Positions 26,720 through 38,893 of a DNA stretch of 64,000 nt are shown here, in pieces. The translations under genes were made by a program, and so were the position numbers. This stretch comes from Eledone cirrhosa (Eukaryota), in NCBI GenBank assembly GCA_964016885.1, contig OZ024742.1, positions 170,438,001-170,502,000 on the forward strand. The letters run 5' to 3'. Numbering within the stretch: position 1 is the first letter of the stretch; the number at the start of each line of letters is the position of its first letter. The notes beneath the pieces are model-generated. The model saw only the letters and a list, made by a program, of their open reading frames with translations. It did not search any database and was not told where the DNA came from.

Positions 26720-29420
26720 GTGCTAGTACCATAATATAATGCATCCAGTTCATTCTGTAAAGTGGTAGTGCTAGTACCATAATAAATAAAATGCATTCAG
26801 TACATTCTGTAAAGTGGTTGTGTTGGTACCATAGTATAATGTATCCAGTACACTATGTAAAGTGATAGTGTTGGTACCATAGTATAATGTATCCAGTACA
26901 TTCTTTAAAGTGATAGTGTTGGTACCATAGTATAATGCATTCAGTACACTCTGTAAAGTGATAGTGTTGGTACCATAGTATAATGTATCCAGTACACTCT
27001 GTAAAGTGGTTGTGTTGGTACCATAGTATAATGTATCCAGTACACTATGTAAAGTGATAGTGTTGGTACCATAGTATAATGTATCCAGTACACTATGTAA
27101 AGTAGTTGTGTTGGTACCATAGTATAATGCATCCAGTACACTCTGTAAAGTGGTTGTGTTGGTACCATAGTATAATGTATCCAGTACACTCTGTAAAGTG
27201 GTTGTGTTGGTACCATATTATAATGTATCCAGTACACTCTGTAAAGTGATAGTGTTGGTACCATAGTATAATGTATCCAGTACACTCTGTAAAGTGATAG
27301 TGTTGGTACCATAGTATAATGTATCCAGTACACTCTGTAAAGTGATAGTGTTGGTACCATAGTATAATGTATCCAGTACATTCTGTAAAGTGATAGTGTT
27401 GGTACCATAGTATAATGCATCCAGTACACTCTGTAAAGTGGTTGTGTTGGTACCATAGTATAATGTATCCAGTACACTCTGTAAAGTGATAGTGTTGGTA
27501 CCATAGTATAATGTATCCAGTACACTCTGTAAAGTGGTTGTGTTGGTACCATATTATAATGTATCCAGTACACTCTGTAAAGTGATAGTGTTGGTACCAT
27601 AGTATAATGTATCCAGTACATTCTGTAAAGTGATAGTGTTGGTACCATAGTATAATGTATCCAGTACACTCTGTAAAGTGATAGTGTTGGTACCATAGTA
27701 TAATGTATCCAGTACATTCTGTAAAGTGATAGTGTTGGTACCATAGTATAATGCATCCAGTACACTCTGTAAAGTGGTTGTGTTGGTACCATAGTATAAT
27801 GTATCCAGTACACTATGTAAAGTGATAGTGTTGGTACCATAGTATAATGTATCCAGTACACTCTGTAAAGTGATAGTGTTGGTACCATAGTATAATGTAT
27901 CCAGTACACTCTGTAAAGTGGTTGTGTTGGTACCATAGTATAATGTATCCAGTACACTATGTAAAGTGGTTGTGTTGGTACCATAGTATAATGTATCCAG
28001 TACACTATGTAAAGTGATAGTGTTGGTACCATAGTATAATGTATCCAGTACACTCTGTAAAGTGATAGTGTTGGTACCATAGTATAATGTATCCAGTACA
28101 TTCTGTAAAGTGATAGTGTTGGTACCATATTATAATGTATCCAGTACACTCTGTAAAGTGATAGTGTTGGTACCATAGTATAATGTATCCAGTACACTCT
28201 GTAAAGTTGTTGTGTTGGTACCATAGTATAATGTATCCAGTACACTATGTAAAGTGATAGTGTTGGTACCATAGTATAATGTATCCAGTACACTATGTAA
28301 AGTGATAGTGTTGGTACCATAGTATAATGTATCCAGTACACTCTGTAAAGTGATAGTGTTGGTACCATAGTATAATGTATCCAGTACACTCTGTAAAGTG
28401 GTTGTGTTGGTACCATAGTATAATGTATCCAGTACACTCTGTAAAGTGGTTGTGTTGGTACCATATTATAATGTATCCAGTACACTCTGTAAAGTGATAG
28501 TGTTGGTACCATAGTATAATGTATCCAGTACACTCTGTAAAGTGGTTGTGTTGGTACCATAGTATAATGTATCCAGTACACTCTGTAAAGTGATAGTGTT
28601 GGTACCATAGTATAATGCATCCAGTACACTCTGTAAAGTGGTTGTGTTGGTACCATAGTATAATGTATCCAGTACACTCTGTAAAGTGATAGTGTTGGTA
28701 CCATAGTATAATGTATCCAGTACATTCTGTAAAGTGGTTGTGTTGGTACCATAGTATAATGTATCCAGTACACTATGTAAAGTGATAGTGTTGGTACCAT
28801 AGTATAATGTATCCAGTACACTATGTAAAGTGATAGTGTTGGTACCATAGTATAATGTATCCAGTACACTCTGTAAAGTGATAGTGTTGGTACCATAGTA
28901 TAATGTATCCAGTACACTCTGTAAAGTGGTTGTGTTGGTACCATAGTATAATGTATCCAGTACACTCTGTAAAGTGGTTGTGTTGGTACCATATTATAAT
29001 GTATCCAGTACACTCTGTAAAGTGATAGTGTTGGTACCATAGTATAATGTATCCAGTACACTCTGTAAAGTGGTTGTGTTGGTACCATAGTATAATGTAT
29101 CCAGTACACTCTGTAAAGTGATAGTGTTGGTACCATAGTATAATGCATCCAGTACACTCTGTAAAGTGGTTGTGTTGGTACCATAGTATAATGTATCCAG
29201 TACACTCTGTAAAGTGATAGTGTTGGTACCATAGTATAATGTATCCAGTACACTATGTAAAGTGATAGTGTTGGTACCATAGTATAATGTATCCAGTACA
29301 CTATGTAAAGTGGTTGTGTTGGTACCACAATAATAAAATGCATCCAGTACACTCTAAAATGGTAATATTAGTTCCACAAAAGAATGCACCCAGGATACTT
29401 TGTAAAGTGGTTGTACTGGT
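26720..29420. repeat. 48-bp tandem satellite (~55 units) in MICOS10 intron 3
   Basis: Unit agtacactctgtaaagtgatagtgttggtaccatagtataatgtatcc; a few recurrent variants; degenerate units at both edges. Confidence 0.97.
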
Positions 29421-31525
29421 GCTATGATAAAATGTATCTAGTACACTCAGAATGCTTGTTCTAATGTCAACCACTTTACAGAGTGTACTGGGTACATTTT
29501 AAAGTGACAGTGACTGAACTGAGAGCATATAGAGTTGAGAAGCTTCCCCTTGTTATGTTGAGAACATAACAATCTTTCTAGTATTGGTGCCATCATATAA
29601 ATGCACCCATTACACTCTGTAAAATAATAATGCTGTTGCTATGATAAGGTGCATCCAGTACACTCTGTAAAGTGGTAGTACTAATGCCATAAAATCCACC
29701 CAATATACTCTAAAGTGGCTGTAAAATGCACTTAGCACACTGTAAAGTAGTTAGCATTAAGAAGGGCATTCAGGGTGTACTGGGTGCATTTTATCATAGT
29801 ACCAGCACAAAGGAATTTGTCAAGTACTCAACTGGGCCAAAGCATCTTGCTCAAGAATACATGTTGCCTAGTCCAAGAATTGAACCTACAACCTTATGAT
29901 CACAAGTCCCAAACTCTTAGCATTAAGTTACCTTCACTGTCGATCTGTTTATACTCTCATCATCATCATTTAACATCCGTTCTCTTTGTCAGCCAGGGCT
30001 ATGTCGATGTGCTTCAAATATTTCCTAACCCTTTTGTTACAATTTTTCTGAAGAAATATACTTAGTGCCTATGTATTCAATTTAATTTTGTAAATAATAA
30101 AAAAAAATTAGGATAGATTTAGTAAAATAACTTTTAGATAAATAATTTTACAAAATATTCTAATTATAATGGAAATTGTAATTTTGATATGAAGTTAAAA
30201 TAATTAAGACCTTGGAAGGTTTAATTAAAGTAACTCCATGATTATTAAGTTTGTGTTCCATACAGTGAATTGGCATAGTCACAATATTCATTCCGATTCT
30301 TTACATTCTATGGTTAAATTTCTACTGAGGTCAACTTTGCCTTTCATTCTCCTTGGAGCCAATAAATTAAAATATCAGGGATATACTGGGTTTGGTATAA
30401 TCAACTAACCCCTCTCTTCAAATTTCTTTACTGGGGACACTATAATCAACTTACCCCTCTTTCCAAATTTCTTTACTGAGGTCACCATAATCGATTAACC
30501 CCTCTTTTCAAATTTCATGTCTTGTGCCTAAATTAGAGAGAAGTATTAAGTTGGTATTTGGAACATAACTTAACCAAGTGTTATATAAAATTGGATTAAA
30601 TATCTGGCAGCATTTGTTCTGGCTCTCTGCTTTGAGTTCAAATCCCAGGATGGTAAATTCTGCCTTTTATGCTTTCTAGGTTAACAAAATACCAGTTTAG
30701 GGTGGTGATGTTTTCTGTCATTAGAAAAATTGTGACATGATAGGAGTAGGCCCCTTATCATTAACTCTTTTGATACCAAATCACCTCTGATCCTATGATA
30801 CAAAACTGTTTGTTTTAAAGTGTTGATATTTATCTCATAGAAAGTTTTAATGTGGGAACTTTTGTCAACCTTTTTGATACCAAATTGCCTCAAATCACCC
30901 CTGGTTCAATGATTTTATGTTTATCATCATCATCATTGTCATTTTAACGTCTGCTTTCCCTGCTAGCAAGGGTTGGAAGGGTCTATATTAACCATGTCCA
31001 TACTGGAGTGGAGCCACTGATCTCCAAAGCAAGCCAGTGATCTGTGTCTTGCTTATGTATGGTCTCATGTTCTATCAAGTGCTCAGGAGAGGGTGTCATG
31101 CTTTTGACACAACTGAGGGTCCTTCCAACCCTTTGTTTGGCATGATTTCTATGGCTGGATGCCCTTCCTATTACTAACCACTTTACAGTGTGTACTGGGT
31201 GCGTTTATCGTGTAAGTCCCCAACACTAGGGAAGTTGCCATGCCCTTGACACGACTAATGGGTCATCCTGACCCTTTGTCTAGCAAGTTTTCTATGGCTG
31301 GATGCCCTTCCTATCATCAACCACTTTACAGTATGTACTGGGTGCATTTATCATGTAAGTAACCAACACTAGGGAGTTTATTGTGTCCTTCATAATTTTA
31401 TGTAGAAAGCTTTAAGTTAAGGTCCAAACAGCAACTGAATAATATATAGACAGTACAGTAGGCAGCATATCAGTCTCATAATCAAATCTAACGATGATAT
31501 ATTTTTCTGTCTTTGTTTCTCATAG

Positions 31526-31549
31526 GTTGAAAGAAAAGAATCAACGTAG
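31526..31549 (+). CDS. MICOS10: MICOS10 exon 4 (VERKEST*), followed by 3' UTR with AATAAA signals near 31930-31980
   Basis: Polypyrimidine acceptor ttttctgtctttgtttctcatag|GTT; phase 0 joins exon 3; a short charged tail, as in vertebrate MICOS10; total CDS 261 nt. Confidence 0.8.
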   Translation, partial: VERKEST

Positions 31550-31646
31550 CAAGATATATATCTACATATATATATATAATATATATAAATATATATAATA
31601 TATATATATTTATATATATATAATATATATATATTTAAATATATAT

Positions 31647-31717
<71 letters not shown>

Positions 31718-32529
31718 ATATGTGCAGTGAAATGGCTGTTCATTAGGCTGGAGTGTCTTCTATTCTACAATGTACAGAACTCAGCGGATGTTAAGATCTA
31801 CTACAGATGTCACAGTACAAGATGTTTTTACTCTTGACAATTTAATTCTTAGTCCTTGTCAGTCAACTTCAAGTGATACATTGGATTTATAATGATTACA
31901 TTCTTATTTAATTCCTATTATAAAAATTAAATAAAAAAACAACAACAAATAAAACAAACACCTAAAAAATGCAAATAAAACTTTTTTTTATTATTTGTTT
32001 CAAATGTTGTTTTTTTTTCTTAAATAATTATTAGAATTTTGAAAATATTTTTGCTTAAAGTAAGATTCTTCAGTGTAGGTTTTTAGACTATAAAAATAGT
32101 CGAATAAATTAAACATATAAGCTCTTTGACTATTTTCACAGTCTAGAAACTTATGTTAAAGTAGCTTACTTTAAACCAACATACTTTCAAAATTTTAAAT
32201 TTATCAATGCTTCAATATAATTAATTCATTTGTTTAAATAATTATTGGATTTTTTTGTAATTTTTGCACATGTCACTTTAGTTGTGTTTTTAAAACAATT
32301 TTTTTGTTCATCTTAAACTGTTTTTCTTTTCATCTAAATTATTCCATTCTGTAAAATATTAATTAGATAATAAAATTTTATTGGAAAATTGACCAGCAAA
32401 GATTTTTCCCTCTTTTAGGTAGAAAACCCACACACTAATACACACACCCTATGTTTTCATCCTGTGCTGTCAATGCTTATCTTGATGTTAACCCTTGTGG
32501 TGAATAAAGAAATTATTATTACAGGATGA

Positions 32530-33364
32530 GAGCGACATCTTTTCCCTCTTTCTGTCACATATACCCTACTCCCACTCTCTCTGTCTCTCTCTCCGTCTAA
32601 ACAAATGACTTTCTCTATTTATGTACATCTCTTTCCCTTGGCGCTCTCCCTCTCTCTATATAGATGAGGGTGAAATCATAACTTTCTGTCTACCACTTTC
32701 TGTTACCTAGAAAACACATTCCATTTTCTCTCTATGTACATATGTCTCGCTTGATGCTTCCCCTCTCTATATAAAGTGAGCGGGACAGACAGACAGCAGT
32801 CTTATTATAATATAGACTAACAGAAAACCACCTGGTGGGCGGTTTTCTGCTTGTCTATATATCTAAAACAGAGAATGTCTGTCTGTCTGTTAGCTCACTA
32901 AAACTTGAGAACCATCCAACCGATTGTTTTCAAACTTTAGACATGTAATACTTATGGTCCTGTGAGTGTTTTGAGCAAAAATTATTTCAAATTTTCAATG
33001 CCCTTGGGACCGCATTAGGCGATTTAGCGTTCTCTCCATATAATTATTAGTCTTTCTTTTTAGATAGATACATAGATATAACGTTGCATGCTTATGATAT
33101 CTCTGTATGTCTGTCTGTCTGCATTACGTCATTATGACGCGCACAGCGCGATTCCTTCGGCCTCAGTGACCAAAGTCAGTGGAGAGGGGAAGGTAATGTT
33201 TCTGTAGCACGTGTTTTAGCGTCTATTCACTCTCTCTCGCCCCCTCCCGCTATCCCCCTCTCGTAATCTGTCTCTTTCTTTCACTCTCATTCTCTCTCTA
33301 CGCACGTGTTTCCACTGTCGGACAGACAGACAGACAGAAATTGCTGGTTATATATATAAGTAGA
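32530..33364. mobile_element. Cluster of non-autonomous Helitron 5'-end fragments in both orientations around a palindromic double 3' end
   Basis: tctatatatctaaaacagagaatgtctgtctg (+, ~32853) homologous to 10540-10800; minus-strand TC-ends at ~32815 and ~33364. Confidence 0.65.
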
Positions 33365-33377
33365 TTATTATTATTGA

Positions 33378-33775
33378 ATTGGCAGTATCGGTAGAGGGCT
33401 GGACGCCATGCGATCTAGCATAGTTACGTCCCTTTACAATCTGAGTTCAAATCCCGCCGAGGTTAACTTTGCCTTTCATCCTTACGGGGTCGATAAAATA
33501 AAGTACCAGTAATACACTAGGATAATTGCTGGCCTTGTGCCAAAAGTAGAAACAATTATTATTATCTAAGTTATCATAGGGCGGTGGATTAGCAGTATCG
33601 GTAGAGGGTCGGACGCCATGCTTTCCAGCATAGTTATGTCCCTTTACGGTCTGAGTTCATATCCCGCCGAGGTTAACTTTGCCTTTCATCCTTACGGGGT
33701 CGATAAAATAAAGCACCAGTAATACACTGGGATAATTGCTGGCCTTGTGCCAAAAGTAGAAACAATTATTATTAT
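33378..33775 (+). mobile_element. Two tandem, nearly identical young SINE copies
   Basis: Two ~195-bp consensus-like copies, each ending gtagaaacaattattattatctaa. Confidence 0.9.
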
Positions 33776-34379
33776 CTAATTTCATTAACATAATTGTAAT
33801 CTGCATCATCATTCAGCTATATTTAACTTGTATGAGAGAGAGAGACAGAAAATCGACCCTAAGGATGAAAGGCAGTATTTGAACTCAGACTGTAGAGAGC
33901 CGGAAAAAATACCGCAAAGGATTCTACATAGCGTTCTAACGATTCGTGACTTCGTAACGCTTACTGAATATTAAAATGTTTACCGAGTTATTTCCCTTGG
34001 TAAAATGTTTAACAGTTATCTCCCTTACATAAAAAAATGTTTTCCTCCTCTTGTAATATCACAACCCGTTACAGTAGAAATATCAGCAAAATATTCCTCG
34101 AATAACAAAAGAAATACCTTCATTCATTAAAGACTCAACAAAGTAATAGTGGTGCTCCAGCAAGGACATAAACAAGTGGAAGAATTTGAGGATGTATATA
34201 TTTCTCTGTATATGTACACACATAACTTGGATAGGTTTAGGCCAGCATTAGCCCAGGCCATGTCTAATTTAATAGCACTACCTGGCGAAGTCTTTCAGAT
34301 CACGATTCACACCTCAGTCATGCTTCGGACATCACGGCCCACTCTAGTAAAGAGCTGGTGTTTTCTAAGACTTATTCAG

Positions 34380-35480
34380 GTGTAGGGGGTTTATCCGGAA
34401 TTTCTTGGAATTTGTCCAGGGACATTTAAAATTTTATGGGATCTGTTTCTGATTTGATGTATTTTGATATGATATTAAAGAGAGCCTGACCAGTTGAGGT
34501 GAAATAGTTGTTTCGTATCGTTGCTATGAGATGCGAGGTTGATTTTTGTAGTGTAGTGAGCGGATAGCACGAGGATCAAACCATGGGCGGATTTTAAAGT
34601 TGATGCCAACATTATTTAATCGAATATTTTTCAAATCATACAGATGATGTTGCACTTACGGTGGCATTGGAGAAAGTAGAGTTTGAGTTTTTATAATCGA
34701 CCCCAATAGCTAAGGCCTGTCGTGCTATAGGTATTTTTTCTAATTGACCTCCGGGATACTTCAATTTTCATTTCGTTCGAGGAGACCAGAGTGGACAACA
34801 GAATTCAAAGATTGAGAAGAGAAGGTTGATGGTGTGAATATCTTTCGACCGGAAAGTTCTAAGAATCCTGGAACACATCCTGCAGGATATGTCAATTGTG
34901 TTGTTTATATGAGTGCTTCAGCTTAAGTTGTTATCAACAATTATCCCAAGGCCTCTGATGTTGTTTGGATGCCACGTGGGTTTCACCCGAGGGAAGAGAA
35001 TGTGGTAACCTCAATGCATGTGTTTTTGCAAAGTGGATTAATTAAAATTTATCTTCTAATGGTAGCATATTGTTTCTTTTTTTTTTTTACCCATTGGATA
35101 ACAACGAACAAATCCGATTGCAGGCATGTCCGGTCTCTCACGCTGTTGATGACCTTCTGGCACTTGGAATCATCTGCTAAGATTCTTATGTTGCTGTGTT
35201 TGATGATGTCTATGTCATTTATATAAATAATTGTTTCTACTTTTGGCACAAGGCCAGCAATGATCCAGTGTATTACTGGTACTTTATTTTATCGACCCTG
35301 TAAGGATGAAAGGCAAAGTTAACCTCGGCGGGATTTGATAAATTATATAAATTATAAATTATATAAATAATGAAGAAAAGTGGGACCAACACTGCCTTGT
35401 GGTACGCTACTAATGACCTTGGCTGAGCTTGATCTATTCCTTCAATCACAACATGTGCTCTGTTCGTCAGGAAACACTTA
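34380..35480 (-). mobile_element. Degenerate CR1/L2-type RT fragment interrupted by a SINE (~35225-35340)
   Basis: AVLVPLFFIIYI..NDIDIIKHSNIRILADDSK..LQSDL on the minus strand. Confidence 0.75.
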
Positions 35481-35976
35481 CTCCAATGCCTTTTAGTATT
35501 TAGTAATAAAACATCCACTAAATCAGTGACTTGGGCAGAATCAATTGAACCTATAGTAATTAAAAAAATACTTGGGGGGGGGGGGGTTCAAAGGTAACCG
35601 TCAAACTCAACTATGGTCTTTCTATTTGTTAGTATTATATCAATTCATGCTAGCACTTTTAGCCATAACCAAGGCCCTATTTTGGAGACTAGTGGAGATA
35701 GAAGAGTAATTACTATCTATATGGAATTGTATAAAGTTTACTTTATTTTTATTTTGAAGTTTAGTAAACCAACTGAATATTTCACCAGTATTGTTCCGTA
35801 ATTCTGAGCTAAGCTTTTTTTCCAAATCAGGGATTATTCTGTCAATTTATTATTATTATTAATCCAACCTTGAAATTTCGTACAGTAAAGTCATGATCGC
35901 ATAGGTAAGAGTCCATAAGGAGGTTTCTCTTCTTAAATTTAATATTCTTAACCATATTAATTATGTCATTTTCGAA

Positions 35977-36420
35977 GTTCTTCTTCTTCTTCTTGAAAGC
36001 GTCGTTGGGGATGAGTCCTCAAACACTCCTTCCAGCGGGTCCTGTCAGAAGCAACCGTCTCCAATTGATCCGGCTAGATTCCCAAGCGAGACCAACCAAG
36101 CTCATGGATGTTATCCAACCATCTCCTCGGGGTCTACTCCTGGGTCTTCTGTCGATTGGTTTTGCTCGTAAAATCTGTCCAGCGATTCTTTCCTGAGACA
36201 TTCTAACTACATGCCAGTAGTATTGGAGCAGTCATCTCTCAAATCGTAGAAGTAACGGCTCTACACGGAGTGACACTCTGATCTCCGAGCTACGCATTCT
36301 GTCGAGTAACGTTACTCCAAAAACCTTTCGGAGGAATTCCCTTTCGGTCGCTTGTATTCGACATCGTATTCTTTCGGTCATTACCCAATATTCATGACGT
36401 ATTCTTTCGGTCATTACCCA
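35977..36420 (-). mobile_element. RTE LINE 3' fragment
   Basis: WVMTERIR.RIQATEREFLRK..GVTLLDRMRSSEIR..L.VEPLLLR; (aag)n tail. Confidence 0.85.
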
Positions 36421-36479
36421 ATATTCATGACTATAAAGAATACCGAATTGAAGATAACGAGTTTGGCTTCTCGCCTACC

Positions 36480-37080
36480 TCCCTTATTCCGATTACCGAA
36501 TGCTGAAGCTAGCACCGGCTCCTGCAAGTCCTGGAGTCCGAATACAGATTCTTCCTTGATGAAATCACTGCAGCATTTGATGTAGTTAAGACGAAGTCAT
36601 ATCCTGATGGGAGACTTCAATGCACATGTTGGCACTGACCACCTGACATGGAAAGGAGTGATTGGAAGAAATGGTGACCCCGATCTAAATACGAATGGAG
36701 AGGCCTTATTAGACTTTTGTTCTAGTAATGGAAATTCTATAATGAACACCTTCTTCCAGCACAGAGAGATCCATAAATATACATGGCATAAAGGGAATCA
36801 AGGAGAGAGATCAACAATTGATTTTGTTATTGTCTTAGATCTCTTCGATTCTGTACTGGATCTTCGTGTTAAGAGAGGGGTTGAGTTATCAACTGATCAC
36901 CATCTACTTATTTGCAACCTGAGACTACCTATGGCCAAAGAAGCCCACAAATATGGCAGGTCCAGGTCAACCTACAGGATAAAGTGGGAAGCATTGATGG
37001 ATAAGGAAGTCAGGACTAGACATACAGACACTATTGCATCCAAATTCAGAGAAATCCCTGAGCAAACTGAGGACGTTGAG
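36480..37080 (+). mobile_element. RTE LINE APE endonuclease fragment
   Basis: [37 protein letters not shown]. Confidence 0.9.
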
Positions 37081-37323
37081 ATTTTAGAAGTTATCAAGTA
37101 AAATATTGTGTGTGGGGGAACTTCGGTACGTTTTAAAGCCAAATGATGTTGCAGGTTGTTCATCTTCATGTTGTTTCTTGATATTCAGCCGGTCGAGGTG
37201 GAATGAACGCCATCTTATTCATCTGAGGAAAGAGTTAACACTGTCAATTAGGAGCTTGCGATACGAATCATCATCTGGTATCAGAATATTCTTAAGTGAT
37301 GTTGGTAAATAATCCTTGGTTAG
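37080..37323 (-). pseudogene. N-terminal fragment of a Naiad-type Penelope-like element ORF
   Basis: Manual translation LTKDYLPTSLKNILIPDDDSYRKLLIDSVNSFLR*IRWRSF..FGFKTYRSSP..LLDNF matches the SLKNIPIP..Y..LI..V..F..RMRW..FGFK..PP pattern of Naiad PLE N-termini; missed by the ORF track. Confidence 0.65.
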
Positions 37324-37379
37324 TTTTTTTCCAAAACGGGTTTATAGCTCAACACAAGTGGAGCAGCCTCAGTACCCCC

Positions 37380-37435
<56 letters not shown>

Positions 37436-37485
37436 GTACAGGTAAGCAGGAACGAAGTCAATGTTGCACCATAAATAAACTTTAT

Positions 37486-37577
37486 TGCATATGACAATTG
37501 TTTCGATATCAATCAGCCCAGAGTTTGATCATAAAGTTCGGGGCCCGACTCTGCACCGACATCTCATCAGATATACA
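37486..37577 (-). ncRNA. Type I hammerhead ribozyme motif
   Basis: Minus strand: stem I ugUAUAU, core CUGAUGA, long stem II (gauguc...gauauc), GAAA, palindromic stem III caauug, UC cleavage site, stem I' auaugca, then AAUAAA. Confidence 0.85.
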
Positions 37578-38159
37578 TTTGTAGGTGAAGAACACATTCT
37601 AACCTTTATGTATACTTATTTTGAGATGTAGGGGAGGGAGATGAATAAACGGACAGATAAATGGGTAATGAATAAAATAACCCCATTGAGTTTTTTAACC
37701 GACGAACCGCTTATAAATATAGTTACACACATATGCGTTTGTATGTATAAATTTATGTTCGTTCTGACCCCCTCCCCCCCCGCAAAAAAATGAAGGACTG
37801 TATGTTTTTAGGCAGATGGGATGAAGAAGGAGAATGTTGCACTATCTCCCACCACTGGTTACAAAAATATAATCCGTTCCCACCACCCCTACCACCCACA
37901 ATGCTTGCCTGTGGCTAATTTTTTTTTGATAGCAGAAATAAAGTATCACTGTACTTAGCTATCTTTTATTTTCGCAAGGGAGGTGGGTGAACATTTATAG
38001 AGAGGGACAGGGGTACCACGTCTGAGAGTTTGGGATATTATGTAAGAAAAGTAAAAGTAAAAATAAATAGATATGTACTCCGTCGCTCAAAATTAGAAAC
38101 ACACACACACGCACACACAAACACTCTTATATACACCCCATATATATATATAAATTATA

Positions 38160-38240
<81 letters not shown>

Positions 38241-38560
38241 ATATGTATATATGTGTGAGTGTGTACGTAGGTACACATGTATAGTTATGTATGTTACATA
38301 CATATATACAGACCCACACGAACACACACACACACATATATATGTATTGTGTGTGTTGCTGTTTGTGTAAGGTGAAAGTCATGTGTATAAAGTAACATTG
38401 TAGTTTGTTTTCAGGGTGGTGGGGGATAGGTGTATATGGGAGGGAGTGAGAAAAAATGTATTCGTCTGAATATTGAGGATATTATAAATTTTGCTCTGAT
38501 ACTTACATAGAGCACTCTTCATTTCTATGACCTTTTCTGTTTCCAACGGAAATTTCAATA

Positions 38561-38663
<103 letters not shown>

Positions 38664-38839
38664 ATACTTGGGGAGGGTCATATTGTTGTAATAATATTAC
38701 CAGAAATAATAACAGAACACACTGGTTGGTTTTCGCTTCTGTATCTTTTATATCAGTTAATTGATTTGGTCCTCAATGTTTATCATTGACTGACCAATGG
38801 TAAAAAATACAGATATAATATAGATATAAACACATATAT

Positions 38840-38893
38840 ATAGTCTAACAAAGTTCTTTCGTTGCACATCTGCAACATCATCAGTGGTACTAT
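38840..38893 (-). ncRNA. Minimal type I hammerhead-like motif in the PLE 3' UTR (copy 1)
   Basis: auaguacca CUGAUGA u guugca gaug ugcaac GAAA gaacUU uguuagacuau; perfect stem II, weak stems I and III. Confidence 0.6.

Noticed and set aside
26941-29352. 803-aa ORF of 16-aa repeats, or a CRISPR-like array
   Set aside because: Pure 48-bp tandem repeat with no unique spacers and no cas genes; the frame is open only because the unit is a multiple of three and lacks a stop in one frame
37219-37221. In-frame TGA in the Naiad-like fragment as selenocysteine
   Set aside because: It falls at a position expected to be Arg (RMRW-like motif), so CGA-to-TGA decay is simpler; no SECIS was identified
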